Assembly: GCA_051047955.1 (NCBI GenBank)
Contig: JBPGPT010000039.1
Location: 1 to 64,000, forward strand
Length of the DNA stretch: 64,000 bases
Source of the DNA: Cystobasidiomycetes sp. EMM_F5
Taxonomy: Eukaryota
Reading direction: 5' to 3'
Under the pieces are notes generated by a model. That model searched no databases and was not told the origin of the DNA. It saw nothing but the letters and a program-made list of their open reading frames with translations. The position numbers and the translations under genes are program-made. Shown here in pieces: positions 11,383 through 21,781 of this stretch (its first letter is position 1; each line of letters begins with the position of its first letter).

Positions 11383-13445
11383 ATGTCGGAAGAACCCCCA
11401 GCGACGGCTGCGTCCATGGGCTTCTCAGCCATTCAGCAGCCATTGGCGGCCATGCGGGCCCTGGTCGATGCCGAACGCAAGGACGCCAGCAGGCTCAAGG
11501 TGAGCACAGTGAGCTGGCACTCGGATGTATGGCGATTGCGGGGCTCAGCAGTGCCGTGAGTTGGTCGATGGGCGAGGCAGTCGCGCTGGCTGATATGGTG
11601 GACGGGCATTTGGCAGTCGCGTATGGAAACCCGTTTTCTGGATAACCCTGTGGGCGACAGGTGGGCTGATGGATGCAAAGAGCTGAGACTGGCTGAAGAA
11701 TAATGGCTGAATTGCATTCACATTTACTCGCTGACACGGTTTACATCCCATCTGCCCCGCTTTGCTCACAGTCGTCGCAGTCATCGATCTCATCTTTGAA
11801 AAGGATCTCGGACTCACAAACAACGTCATGCCGCTCCTCTCAGTCGTGATTGGTCTCCTCCTCGTGTTCAGAAACAGTACCGCATTCGCGCGATGGCAAG
11901 AAGGGCGTGCTCTGTACAGCAACCTGTCCAACAACGTCCGCAATCTGGCACGCTTCACCTGGTGTGCTGTTGGAGCTCCAGTAGAAGAGCATGGGAGGCT
12001 CGACAGTGCTGGCAAACGTGTTCCTTACCGCGAAGGCGCATACGGGCCGAAGGAGCGGAGAGAAAAGATTGCAGCGCTCAGGTGGATGGTGAGTGGGCGT
12101 ACTGAGTGTAAAGATGGCCCGTCTAAACGCGTCACCTTATATAGGTGGCTTTCGTCGTCGCCAGCAAGTGCGTCTTCGCACGTTACACGGAATGGCTATC
12201 CTGTTTACATCTGAAATTGACGTTCCATCCGTGAAGGCATCACGTCAGAGAAGAGTATTCGACAGACTACGAAGATCTCCGCGCACTCCTACCTGCCAGA
12301 TTCTTGGCGCAGTTTGCCAAGTTTGGGTATGGATACGGATCCGTCGAGTATGTGTCTTCGCTCTGAACGAATGGGTCACAATTACCTAAAAGGCTTCAAC
12401 AGTGCTGATCTTACTCGAGAGCGCAGTGCGAGTGACGCTCCACCGAACCTTGTCGGGAAACCTTCGATAGCTTCGCTCAACTCCAATGCGACCGATGTAA
12501 TCGCAATTGAGGGAGAAGGCGATGTCACAACACCACTGCTATCCAGCAGATCATACGACGAGACGGTCGTTGTCCATAAGTTGAATGGTCGGCCAACACT
12601 GCCACTGCCGTTGTGCATTGCACATAGGCTTCAGCTATATTTTGCGAGTAAGCTCGCGACGTGGGCTGATTTCGCATGCTTGCTTATCGAACTTCACAGA
12701 ATGCAAGGCGAAAGGACTTCTAGAAAGTGTTGGTCCTGCTGGGTAAATCAAAGCAGCACGCGGCCTGCTAGTAAACGCTGACTACGCATCGCGATAGCTA
12801 CAACAACGCTACCCAGACTATATCGTCGTTGGTAAACGAGTTCACAGGCATGGAGAGGCTTCTCACGCTTCCGTTACCTACTATTTATGGCGTCCACCTG
12901 TGAGTGTGGCGAACTTTTCTGCTTGCGATGCCATCTGACAGAGGTCATTTCTCAGCAAGCAGACCGTCACATTGTATCTTGCAGTGTTGCCCCTCGTTCT
13001 AGTAGACAGTGAGTAGGCGTGCAAGGTGATTGTGTTCGCTACCCGGTGGTCGCATTGACTCTGTCTTTTGATGTATCAGCTCTTGGATGGAAGATCGTCC
13101 CCACAGTGACTGTCATCGCGTTTACCCTGCTCGGCATTGAAGTCAGTATTGGTGACACTCCGACAAAATTAGATCCTGCTGATCTATAGCACACAGGGCA
13201 TTGCCAGCGAAATCGAACAGGTACAGCCTATATCAAACGCTTTCATGCATCTCTGACGGATACTATGCAGCCGTACGGTTTCGACAAGTCTGACCTGCCT
13301 TTGGACTACATGGCGGCAGAGTTGCGTAATGAAGTAAGCTCGGCTCATGACTACCTCGAGAACAGCGTGCACTGACGCCCGTCGACAGATTGAGCAGATG
13401 ATAGCGAGACTGAGGGAGGTTCCCGAGGACGATCTACTTTTCTGA
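11383..13445 (+). CDS. Bestrophin-family (UPF0187/YneE-like) anion channel
   Basis: LLSVVIGLLLVFRNSTAFARWQEGR in 11762-12214. Downstream exons give MERLLTLPLP.IY..HL and GIASEIEQ|PYGFDKSDLPLD, the canonical E-P-[FY]-G-x-D-x-x-DL motif. Many short exons. Confidence 0.88.
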
Positions 13446-14139
13446 AGCTGCTATTGATTGCGATTATGGTGTAACGTCTGTGTAGCGCACTTGCCATAGA
13501 CAGGCATGTCTCTGTAGCTTGATGATTCGATTGCAAAAGCAGTTAATACTAGGTGACGGTCGCGTTCTCCGCTTCCGTCTTGCCCCCACATCGAATCTGT
13601 CACCACTACCTCATAGCAGCCTCATAATGTCCCTGGGCTCATTGGCACCATACGAAGGCACGCTCCAGTCTGCCAGCTCTTTGCAGGACGCTCAAATTAC
13701 AGGACCTCAACTCCGCGCATGATGCAGCAGACTTCGCTCACTGACATAGACCACGCCGAATACTGATGCGACTCTGATATCTGTTTACAATACACTGCTG
13801 GCGCGGCGTGACTGGCGTGCTGCTAGAAGCTCAATTGCGCACTTTGCTCGCGATGCCCGATACCCTTAGCGACAAACACCAGCGTGCACCTTCAAGTTTC
13901 ACCGGCTGCATATACAATAGAACATGACGCTGAATTTGACGCACTCATCTTCTGGGTTTGGGGTTGCCTAGTACTGGCGGTCACCGCGCCGCAACATGCA
14001 TGGCTGCGGGCGTCTGACGAAATGGTCAAATAGCATCGCCTCGCGGTCGCTACAGATACACACTGATGCCTCTAAATGCCTTCAAGGCCTGACTCCGCTC
14101 CTGAGCTGCCTTCACTCTCCATTCTTACCGCCGTCTGAT

Positions 14140-14505
14140 ATGTCAGATCGATCTCGACACTTACCTCCGCTGCCCCAGCCGGGACGTAACGGTGCGCCGC
14201 GACACTATACGTCCCGCGATCAGAGATTTCACCGCAGTTTCCACGACCAATTCGATTACGCTGAGAGCAATCCTGATATCGCCATTCCCCTCTTCATATT
14301 AGGGACCGCGACACAGGAAGCGCTTCGAAGAGATCAGCGCAGGTATGGACGGCATACACGTACTGGCAGGCATGTACGACGAAGGCTGCCCATTTCAAAT
14401 TTCGATCGTGCCGTAGCCATTCTATCTGGTGTGCTGCGGCGTACTGGTCGGTACACGGTGTTGGCGCGCTTAGCGCCGCCTCAGGTGCTCGAGGTGGATG
14501 AATAA
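14140..14505 (+). CDS. Orphan family A, member 1 (121 aa, Arg/His-rich)
   Basis: Uninterrupted ORF from ATG 14140. Motifs PQPGRNGAPRHY..RDQRF / ALRRDQRRYG / SNFDRAVAILSGVLRRTGRY are shared with six neighbours. Confidence 0.8.
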   Translation: MSDRSRHLPPLPQPGRNGAPRHYTSRDQRFHRSFHDQFDYAESNPDIAIPLFILGTATQEALRRDQRRYGRHTRTGRHVRRRLPISNFDRAVAILSGVLRRTGRYTVLARLAPPQVLEVDE

Positions 14506-15297
14506 AAGATTGGTGCCAAAGCTGAAGATGTCTGTAGTTGACATGACTGCATCGTGAAAATCACTACAGTATCCGAAGGCCAGGTGGCTTCGGTGGGATG
14601 ACAAGCTAACAATACGCGAGTGTTCCAGCCTTGCGCAGTGCCCACCATGACATTCTCGACTCACATTCACATAGCGTACATATGGCCATGGTTCATATTG
14701 CTCGTATAACCCTTCGTAATCCCTTTGGAGTCGCACGGCACACCTTCTGACGACTCGTTCGACATTGCTCACACCCCAGTGGCCTCGCGTCATCCCGTGC
14801 CGGGTACCCACTGGCAAGCTGATATCAGTATCGCAGCAGGGCGCTGTGTATTCCTTGCATGATACTCGCATATAGTCCCGAGAACGCTCATACGACACTC
14901 AGTCTTCGGACAATGCTCAAGCACAACTTGGCAAGCTTGTATTGAGACCGCTGCAGTTGCGCCTGGCTGGATGAACCTGCCTGTAGACACCCGGATCTCG
15001 CCTTGGGTACCTTAGGTATCTGGCGATGACCGAAAACATGCACGTCCGGAGATGGCTGTGCAGACTCGATGCCTCCATCACCAATCACACGAAAGAGGGT
15101 GGTCTTTGCCACTGAATCTAGCATTGCCATAACTTAGCAGCGTGGGAAGGTCTGACGCTTCGCATCCTACACTGGCGCCCCAGATTGCTGCCGACGGAGT
15201 GCATCTCTGGCCTGGCTTGCCTCAACGCAAACTGTCGTGCCAACGCCACTCTTCGTCTCCACGCAGTCTAGGACAGGACTGACCTCATCATCACATA

Positions 15298-15648
15298 ATG
15301 GCTCGTAGGAATTCGGACTCAGACTGGTCGATGCCTCCCCCTGGAGTTAACGGGGCGCCTCGTCACTGGACGCGTGCAGATCAGAGATTCTTTCGCAATT
15401 ATAGTCGCCTGGAGGATGCTGATGACTGGATGTACCCTGCATTCGCCGGTGGAGACGCTCTGCGACGTGCGTTGGATAAAGATCGGCGCAAACATGGCCC
15501 GCGTTCGTCTGCACACTATAGACGCAGACCGCCAGCGTCGAATTTCAATCGGGGAGTCAATATCCTACGCCGGACGCTCAGATACGCTGGGCGCAACATG
15601 ACGATCATGAGGCTAGCGCCGCCTGTGATAACTGTCGTCGAAGACTAG
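15298..15648 (+). CDS. Orphan family A, member 2 (116 aa)
   Basis: PPPGVNGAPRHWTRADQRFF / ALRRALDKDRRKHG / SNFNRGVNILRRTLRYAGR. Confidence 0.8.
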   Translation: MARRNSDSDWSMPPPGVNGAPRHWTRADQRFFRNYSRLEDADDWMYPAFAGGDALRRALDKDRRKHGPRSSAHYRRRPPASNFNRGVNILRRTLRYAGRNMTIMRLAPPVITVVED

Positions 15649-16401
15649 AGCAACGACATCTAGCCACATCTAGTCGGGCGACTTGTGATTTTTAGACAAT
15701 AGACTGCCTGCATAGAATACCACGATGCTCTGCTGCACATTCTGATTAAATTCTGATTCACGAATGGCGTCGCTTCCGTATGAGACCGTTTCCTGAAAAG
15801 AGCTTCTCATAATGCGGGGCTGTAGCGATACTGTAATGTCGGCTATGCTCAAACAAGACCACGACTAGCGCTGTCGGAAAGAGGTCCGCATAGATAATGA
15901 CGATAATGACGGCCTTGGAGCTCAGTACCAGTTCAAGAAAGACGCGCAGTCACGGTCATGGTCAGGTATCCGACATGGCTGGCTCACGATGAAACAAGAC
16001 GGCAACTAGGCTCTGGCGACACGACGGGCTATGGCTTCTCATTACATGCCGACACCGTCGTGAATATATGACAGAATCAGTGTACGGCCAGCGCGTACTG
16101 GCAATTGGCGAATAAATATCGACATTATATCACACTGCCAATGTCCTCACAGTCCTGACTGCTCAGTGACGGGAGGCAGCAAGGCGGTGTGTTTTCGCAT
16201 CTTAGAGGGCACAACATCAGCTGTGCTTCCCACGGAGACCGGACAGTCACCCACTGCAAACAGCATAGCCGCGACATGACGGGCTTCTGAGAAATGTGGA
16301 CTCGCTGGCAACCATTCGAAAAGTCTCGCTGCTTGACTATCTCCATCCATCCCAGTCAGAGCGCTCTTTCTCTACTCTCGACAGCTCCCGTGTCACTCCA
16401 A

Positions 16402-16821
16402 ATGGTGTCGGATATAGATATACGTCCAGTGGGACCACCAGGACTTCCACCACCTCCCAACCGCTCAAATGGCCGACCGGGGCGCTGGACTAGTTCTGAA
16501 CAACGTTTCTTCAATCTTGCCCACCAAGTTGGTCCCAGCATGGACGGTTGGATGATTCCGGTGTTTACTGCCGGATATGCTGCACACCGTGCACTTTGTG
16601 AAGACCAAGATCTCTACAATTCTCGTCACTCACGACGCGGCCGTCACGCAAGACACCATCGCCGTCATGGCCGAGGATCAGACGGGCGTCCGCCCCCCTC
16701 TTTCGACCGTGCGCTACAAATAATGACGGGAGCTATTCAGAGGATGGGTCGCTTGTCGCACATGCTCCATGTGGCCCACGTCCGTACCAACGGCTCTGAG
16801 GGGTCCGGCTATGACATCTGA
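16402..16821 (+). CDS. Orphan family A, member 3 (139 aa)
   Basis: NGRPGRWTSSEQRFF / AAHRALCEDQDLYN / PSFDRALQIMTGAIQRMGR. Confidence 0.8.
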   Translation: MVSDIDIRPVGPPGLPPPPNRSNGRPGRWTSSEQRFFNLAHQVGPSMDGWMIPVFTAGYAAHRALCEDQDLYNSRHSRRGRHARHHRRHGRGSDGRPPPSFDRALQIMTGAIQRMGRLSHMLHVAHVRTNGSEGSGYDI

Positions 16822-17493
16822 TGTACAAAGGGTACGATACGGGGCATACATATGATACCAAAAAAAGCTGCTTGTTGCGCATCCCTGCAAGGTCGAATCA
16901 TACCGTTAACGCAACGATGTACAATTTCAGATTACTAGACTAACAGCTATCGTACCTCATGCCGTGATTGTGTCGCTAAGAACTGGGCGTTTGCGTATCT
17001 GTCATCGATTTCTTCATGTTCACGAGGCTCAGTATGCATCGCCCTGACATTTCCCCCTCCCTTGGCCAGCTAGCACCGTGCGCACTTGTAATCTACAGAT
17101 CATTGATAGTGCTTTGCTGGAGCATCTTCAAGTGCCAGCTAAAGCTATGCTCTACCAGATTAAGCAAGTATCGGAATCAGCTTTCGTGGTGAAGAGGGAC
17201 CGCCTCCGAAGAGTAGTACAATCAAAGTTTCACAGCTATATCTACGACTCCATATACCTGCTGGATGACTGGCTCGAACCGGCTCAATTCAAATTCGCAT
17301 TCATTGGTGTCTTTACCGTCCGCACCGCCTCGCGCAATACTGCTCTATGGGAAATGGCTGCGACTGCCTGACAACACTACGTACATTCTCACATTGTCTT
17401 ATACAAGTCGTGCGACAAGTGTACGTACTGATTGTCCATTCTACTCCAGTATCTTTTTACTGAGCCACTTCGGATTTGCTTTGATTGCCTCGT

Positions 17494-17913
17494 ATGTCTG
17501 ATAGGAACGCGTCTCGCTCTGGACCGCCGAACATACCCGCGCCCGGTCAACACGGTGCCCCGCGACGCTGGAGGAGAAGCGAACAACGAGATTTTCAACG
17601 TATACACCCACATCTTGTCGACGAGTCTCCAGACTGGGTGCTCCCTGTGATAGCTGGCGGATTTGCATTATATCGCGCAGTTCGTCGGGATCAGCACTTG
17701 TACAACCCTCACTCAACGACACATCATCGTCATTCAGGCCATCATCGTTACTCGAATTACCGTCGTCATGAGCGAAACAGACCGGTGCCCTCCAACTTCA
17801 ATCGGTCAATCCAAATCATTGATCGTGCCCTCAGAAACTCCGGTCGACTGATAATGATGTTAAGGTTGTCCGTACAGAACCACAGCGATAGCGGTAGCCT
17901 CGCTGATGACTAA
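17494..17913 (+). CDS. Orphan family A, member 4 (139 aa)
   Basis: PAPGQHGAPRRWRRSEQRDF / ALYRAVRRDQHLYN / SNFNRSIQIIDRALRNSGR. Confidence 0.8.
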   Translation: MSDRNASRSGPPNIPAPGQHGAPRRWRRSEQRDFQRIHPHLVDESPDWVLPVIAGGFALYRAVRRDQHLYNPHSTTHHRHSGHHRYSNYRRHERNRPVPSNFNRSIQIIDRALRNSGRLIMMLRLSVQNHSDSGSLADD

Positions 17914-18591
17914 ATGACAATCACGACATTGATAAAATTGTTTACTATGTCAACCATAATTGCTATGCTTGCTTACACGAATCTCTGCTCTAATCATAGT
18001 GAATAAAATGACTGATGGCGTCGAAGCTCCCGACTGTCATCTGTGCATCACCCATCTTTCTACTGTAGACATTGCGCGCCCACGCTCTGTAGCAGACTTG
18101 AATGCAACTCCACTTTCGGTGAAACCTGACCGTTCGGCACCCAGCTGCTACCAGGAGTCACCCATGCCATCGTATTTATAGACTGAGCCTGGTGCATCTC
18201 CCAGAGTGCAGTAAGCAAACTTAACTCATTGAACACGCCTCATCTTAAGCTGCAGCTGAACATACAGGCCGCAAGCATGGATCAACATAGTCGCTTCACC
18301 ACAGGCCGTAGATTCGTGACATTCCAGCGTAAAGCCACTTACCTTTTGTCAAACGAGCTCACCGCCTCGCCGAATTATTGCAATCCGGTTTCGGGAGTCA
18401 CACGGCATACCCACTCTCTACTGTACAACAAACAGACTAGACTAACCGCTCTGCGCGAAGAGTGAGAAATTGCAACGGGATGTTGTATAAATTCCCCAAA
18501 TTTCAAGGCCTCCCCAAAAAAGGCATGACTTGGAGACTATGCGAAGTGTAGCTCGACTCCAATCACATAGACCCGCATCAAGTTCTGCGCG

Positions 18592-18753
18592 ATGGCTCAA
18601 CTTCCCCAACCAGGGCACACTGGTCCTCCACCACCACCAGGGTATCCACCTCAACAGGGTCAATTCAACCAGTACCAAGCATATCCCGGTCATGCTCAAC
18701 AAGGTCCCTTCGATGCGCACCAACCACAGGAACATCAATTTCAGGCTAGAATT

Positions 18754-18788
<35 letters not shown>

Positions 18789-19185
18789 CAACATCAACAG
18801 CAGGCGAAACAGAAACGTCCGCACAAGCTCGCTTCCTCCTCTTCCTCCTCCTGCAAGAAGAAGTGCAGGGGGAGGAAGAAGATCCTGGAAAGGTCATGAG
18901 CAGGATATGTTCCGTAAGGCACATAAAAACCTTCAAAACGCAAATGAAACGGAAAATGCACTGTTTGTTCTGGGCATGGCCGCACGTCACGTTTTGCGCC
19001 AAGATCAACGCAGGTATGGCCAGCGATCGCAAAGAAGCCACTATCGCACTCAGCACAGTCAACGAAGAGACCCGGCAGCGTCCCCCTTTAACCGAGGCTT
19101 AAGTATATTGTCCGGCTTCCTGAAAACCACCGGGCGTTATGTCGAAATGCTTAGCCTGTCGCCGGTACATCAGTATGAAGCTTGA
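18592..19185 (+). CDS. Orphan family A, member 5 (197 aa, with Q/P-rich and poly-Ser N-terminal extension)
   Basis: GRRSWKGHEQDMF / AARHVLRQDQRRYG / SPFNRGLSILSGFLKTTGRY. Confidence 0.8.
18754..18783 (+). repeat. (AGC)10 trinucleotide microsatellite encoding poly-Ser in family A member 5
   Basis: Perfect AGC run, continuing imperfectly as AACAGCAACATCAACAGC. Confidence 0.9.
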
Positions 19186-19684
19186 ATGGGGTAAAGTGTA
19201 ATATGGAGCAGACCACGTAGCTCCATGATTCGAATTATCGGCGCGATATCGATACTCCTGTACAATATGTGCTCGCAACTGTTCTGCGCTGCAATTTCCA
19301 ACTGCACTGTGTTCCGAACGAAGCGGCTTGGACACGAAAGTAGTAGTGCAGCTCATCCATGCAGTGCTGTTGCGTTCGGTATGCAGGGATGAATGCTGTA
19401 AGGATTCAGAGCCGTCTAACCCCGATCCGAGAACAGAGGAGTCTCCACAAGGTCAATTTGGTCTCCGCAACTTATTGCAAGCGACTGATTACGCGCTTTT
19501 GACTGATGACACCGCAGTAACACCTCCCTATGTCTTCCGAACGGACAGTCCGACATTGGACTAGAGCACCGCCTCAATGTTGAACACAAACAGGGCACTG
19601 GTGTCACGGAATAGCAACCGCGCGTTTTCCCCCTGTTGATTCAAGACCAACTGTCGCCTTGTGCTTCCTCGACGAATCCTCAAA

Positions 19685-20155
19685 ATGAGCGACATACAAT
19701 TCCGAACAGCGCAGCGACATCCGCAATTGCCAGCACCCCAGCAATTTGGAAGAAGGAATTGGCGAAGCCACCATCAAGCCTTCCACACTCGTATGAATGG
19801 TCTTGTGCAGGGAGATGCTAGTGCGCTGTCTGCAGCACCGTGGGTCCCTGCTGTCTACATTGGAGGCAGCGCTCTCTTGCATGCCATCAAGAGTGACCAG
19901 CAGAAGTATCCTTCTAGAGGAGGCAACAATCACGGACGTCATCATGATCGTCATTCCCACCACCGTAGAGACAGAGAAGACCGACATTCTCGCCATAGAC
20001 ATAGACAGAGACGTCCCCCTCCAGCTACTTGGGACCGTGCGCTAAGATTTTTCGACAAGCTCTTCGAGACAGTCGGAGCTTATAGTGTACTCGGAATGTC
20101 GGTGCAGGTAGGAAGCCAAGCAGGAAGCTTAGTTAGTGACATGACCGAGCCGTGA
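19685..20155 (+). CDS. Orphan family A, member 6 (156 aa)
   Basis: LPAPQQFGRRNWRSHHQAF / ALLHAIKSDQQKY / ATWDRALRFFDKLFETVGAY. Longest His/Arg insert of the family. Confidence 0.78.
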   Translation: MSDIQFRTAQRHPQLPAPQQFGRRNWRSHHQAFHTRMNGLVQGDASALSAAPWVPAVYIGGSALLHAIKSDQQKYPSRGGNNHGRHHDRHSHHRRDREDRHSRHRHRQRRPPPATWDRALRFFDKLFETVGAYSVLGMSVQVGSQAGSLVSDMTEP

Positions 20156-20822
20156 CGGCATGTCTGCCTGAACCTGCCGCACCCATTTTCAGACTACGCG
20201 ACTGAAAGCCGTCATTGTTTTTCTGTAGCAAACAGACGTTGTCGGACAGCTGATTACGATAAGATGTACATGCTATTACGGATGGAACAATCCACGTGTG
20301 AAGCTGTCAAGTCTTGGATATTGGTGCTCGCAGGTACTTGCGAGGCATTGATGCTGACACCTCACGCCCAGAGAATAGGTGGATGAGAGATCCTCCTGTA
20401 CCGAGGCTGACGATTTCAATGACAATTGAGCTGCACTCAGCCCTCGAACCCGATGATAGATCAGTTTCCTTATCGTCGACACCGGTGCAGTCTCTGTGTG
20501 CACTTACCTGTATACCTGTGTATGTGATGCTCAACTTCAGTAATGAGTGAACGCGTTTGCCACATCGAATGACCCTATCAGCACAGCATTGTCCAATGGG
20601 TCAAAGAAGTCCGAAGCACCGCATTGTCCTTATTGCGTGGCACGGCACTGTCTTACAGACATGACAAACACCCGTCTGGATTAATAGATTGTTGCAGTAG
20701 CAGTAGCAGCTGGTAGTGAAGAGCGGTCCGCTCATCATTGCTCTCACACACCAAACCCCAGGAAGGAGCCATCGACGTGACTCGGGCCTGTCCTGGAAGC
20801 TTAACGAACAGAGCATCGCACA

Positions 20823-21203
20823 ATGTCAGCACGCGGCAGACCGTATGCAACTATGCCATCTCCCGCAACGTTCGGCTTGACCAGATGGCATCACCGCGAT
20901 CAGAGATTTTTAGCGCAACTCCACCAGCTGGAAGGTAGCGATATGCCTTTTAACAATGCCTTGGTTCTAGGCGCATTTGCGTTTGGTCAGGCCGCACGCC
21001 TTGCAATTCGCAGGGATCAACAGCGGTACAATGGTCGGCATCGCAATAATCGTCATGGCCATGGCCGACATTCGCGGGGTTCCACGCGTGCACCACCATC
21101 GACTTGGGATAGGGGACTGAGGCTTCTTCGCACTATCATAGAAACTACTGGGCGGTACGGTGCACTCGCATCGGCAGGTATAGAAGTTGTGAACGACGAT
21201 TGA
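20823..21203 (+). CDS. Orphan family A, member 7 (126 aa)
   Basis: MPSPATFGLTRWHHRDQRF / AARLAIRRDQQRYNG / STWDRGLRLLRTIIETTGRY. Alternative ATG at 20853. Confidence 0.8.
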   Translation: MSARGRPYATMPSPATFGLTRWHHRDQRFLAQLHQLEGSDMPFNNALVLGAFAFGQAARLAIRRDQQRYNGRHRNNRHGHGRHSRGSTRAPPSTWDRGLRLLRTIIETTGRYGALASAGIEVVNDD

Positions 21204-21781
21204 GCGGGAGGCTTGTCAAATCTGTAAAGCTACACAAGTTGGACGCGAGTGATGTCGTATGTGAAAGTGAAGCTTCGTCCCAGATTTATTAATATTCAGA
21301 GTGTCACAGCTCCGTTTTGACAGTCTTGTGAGCATTCAAAGCGGATGAGCGAGTCTGAACCGCAACAGTGACAGCATTCTCCAACATCTTCGCGAGCATA
21401 GTGTCCTTGAGACGTAGGTGAATTTTGCCGACGTCCCTACAATCATGAAACGCCGGTATAGCATGCATTGCGTCGTGGACCCCGTCCGTCGGTGACCTGT
21501 CAGTTACTTGTTGATATCGGGGGTCGCAGGGGCGATCCGCCTATAAACGCCTTTGACCGCCGAATCTGGATGCCTCAATCGCAACAGGCATGCAGTCTCG
21601 CAATACCAATCTTCCGTAAAGATGAGTCTCCCGCTAGACATACGAAAGCTGCTGGCGACCGAATCTTCCCTGCGGGACCTGCGTAATGAGTGGCGCAGTG
21701 CGAAAGCGACGACAAAGATTCCCGTGCATTGGAGCGCTGTCTTGGGATCATGTGATGAGAGCATCAGGAGCTGTGCGCGTT

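Noticed and set aside
18442..19102. Overlapping 206-aa antisense and 190-aa alternate-frame ORFs with poly-Ala
   Set aside because: By-products of the AGC repeat and codon bias. Only the 18592 frame carries the family motifs.
14140..21203. Periodic array as a CRISPR, integron-like or transposon-derived structure
   Set aside because: No nucleotide direct repeats, att sites, terminal inverted repeats, transposase or integrase seen. Similarity is at the protein level in a eukaryotic context.
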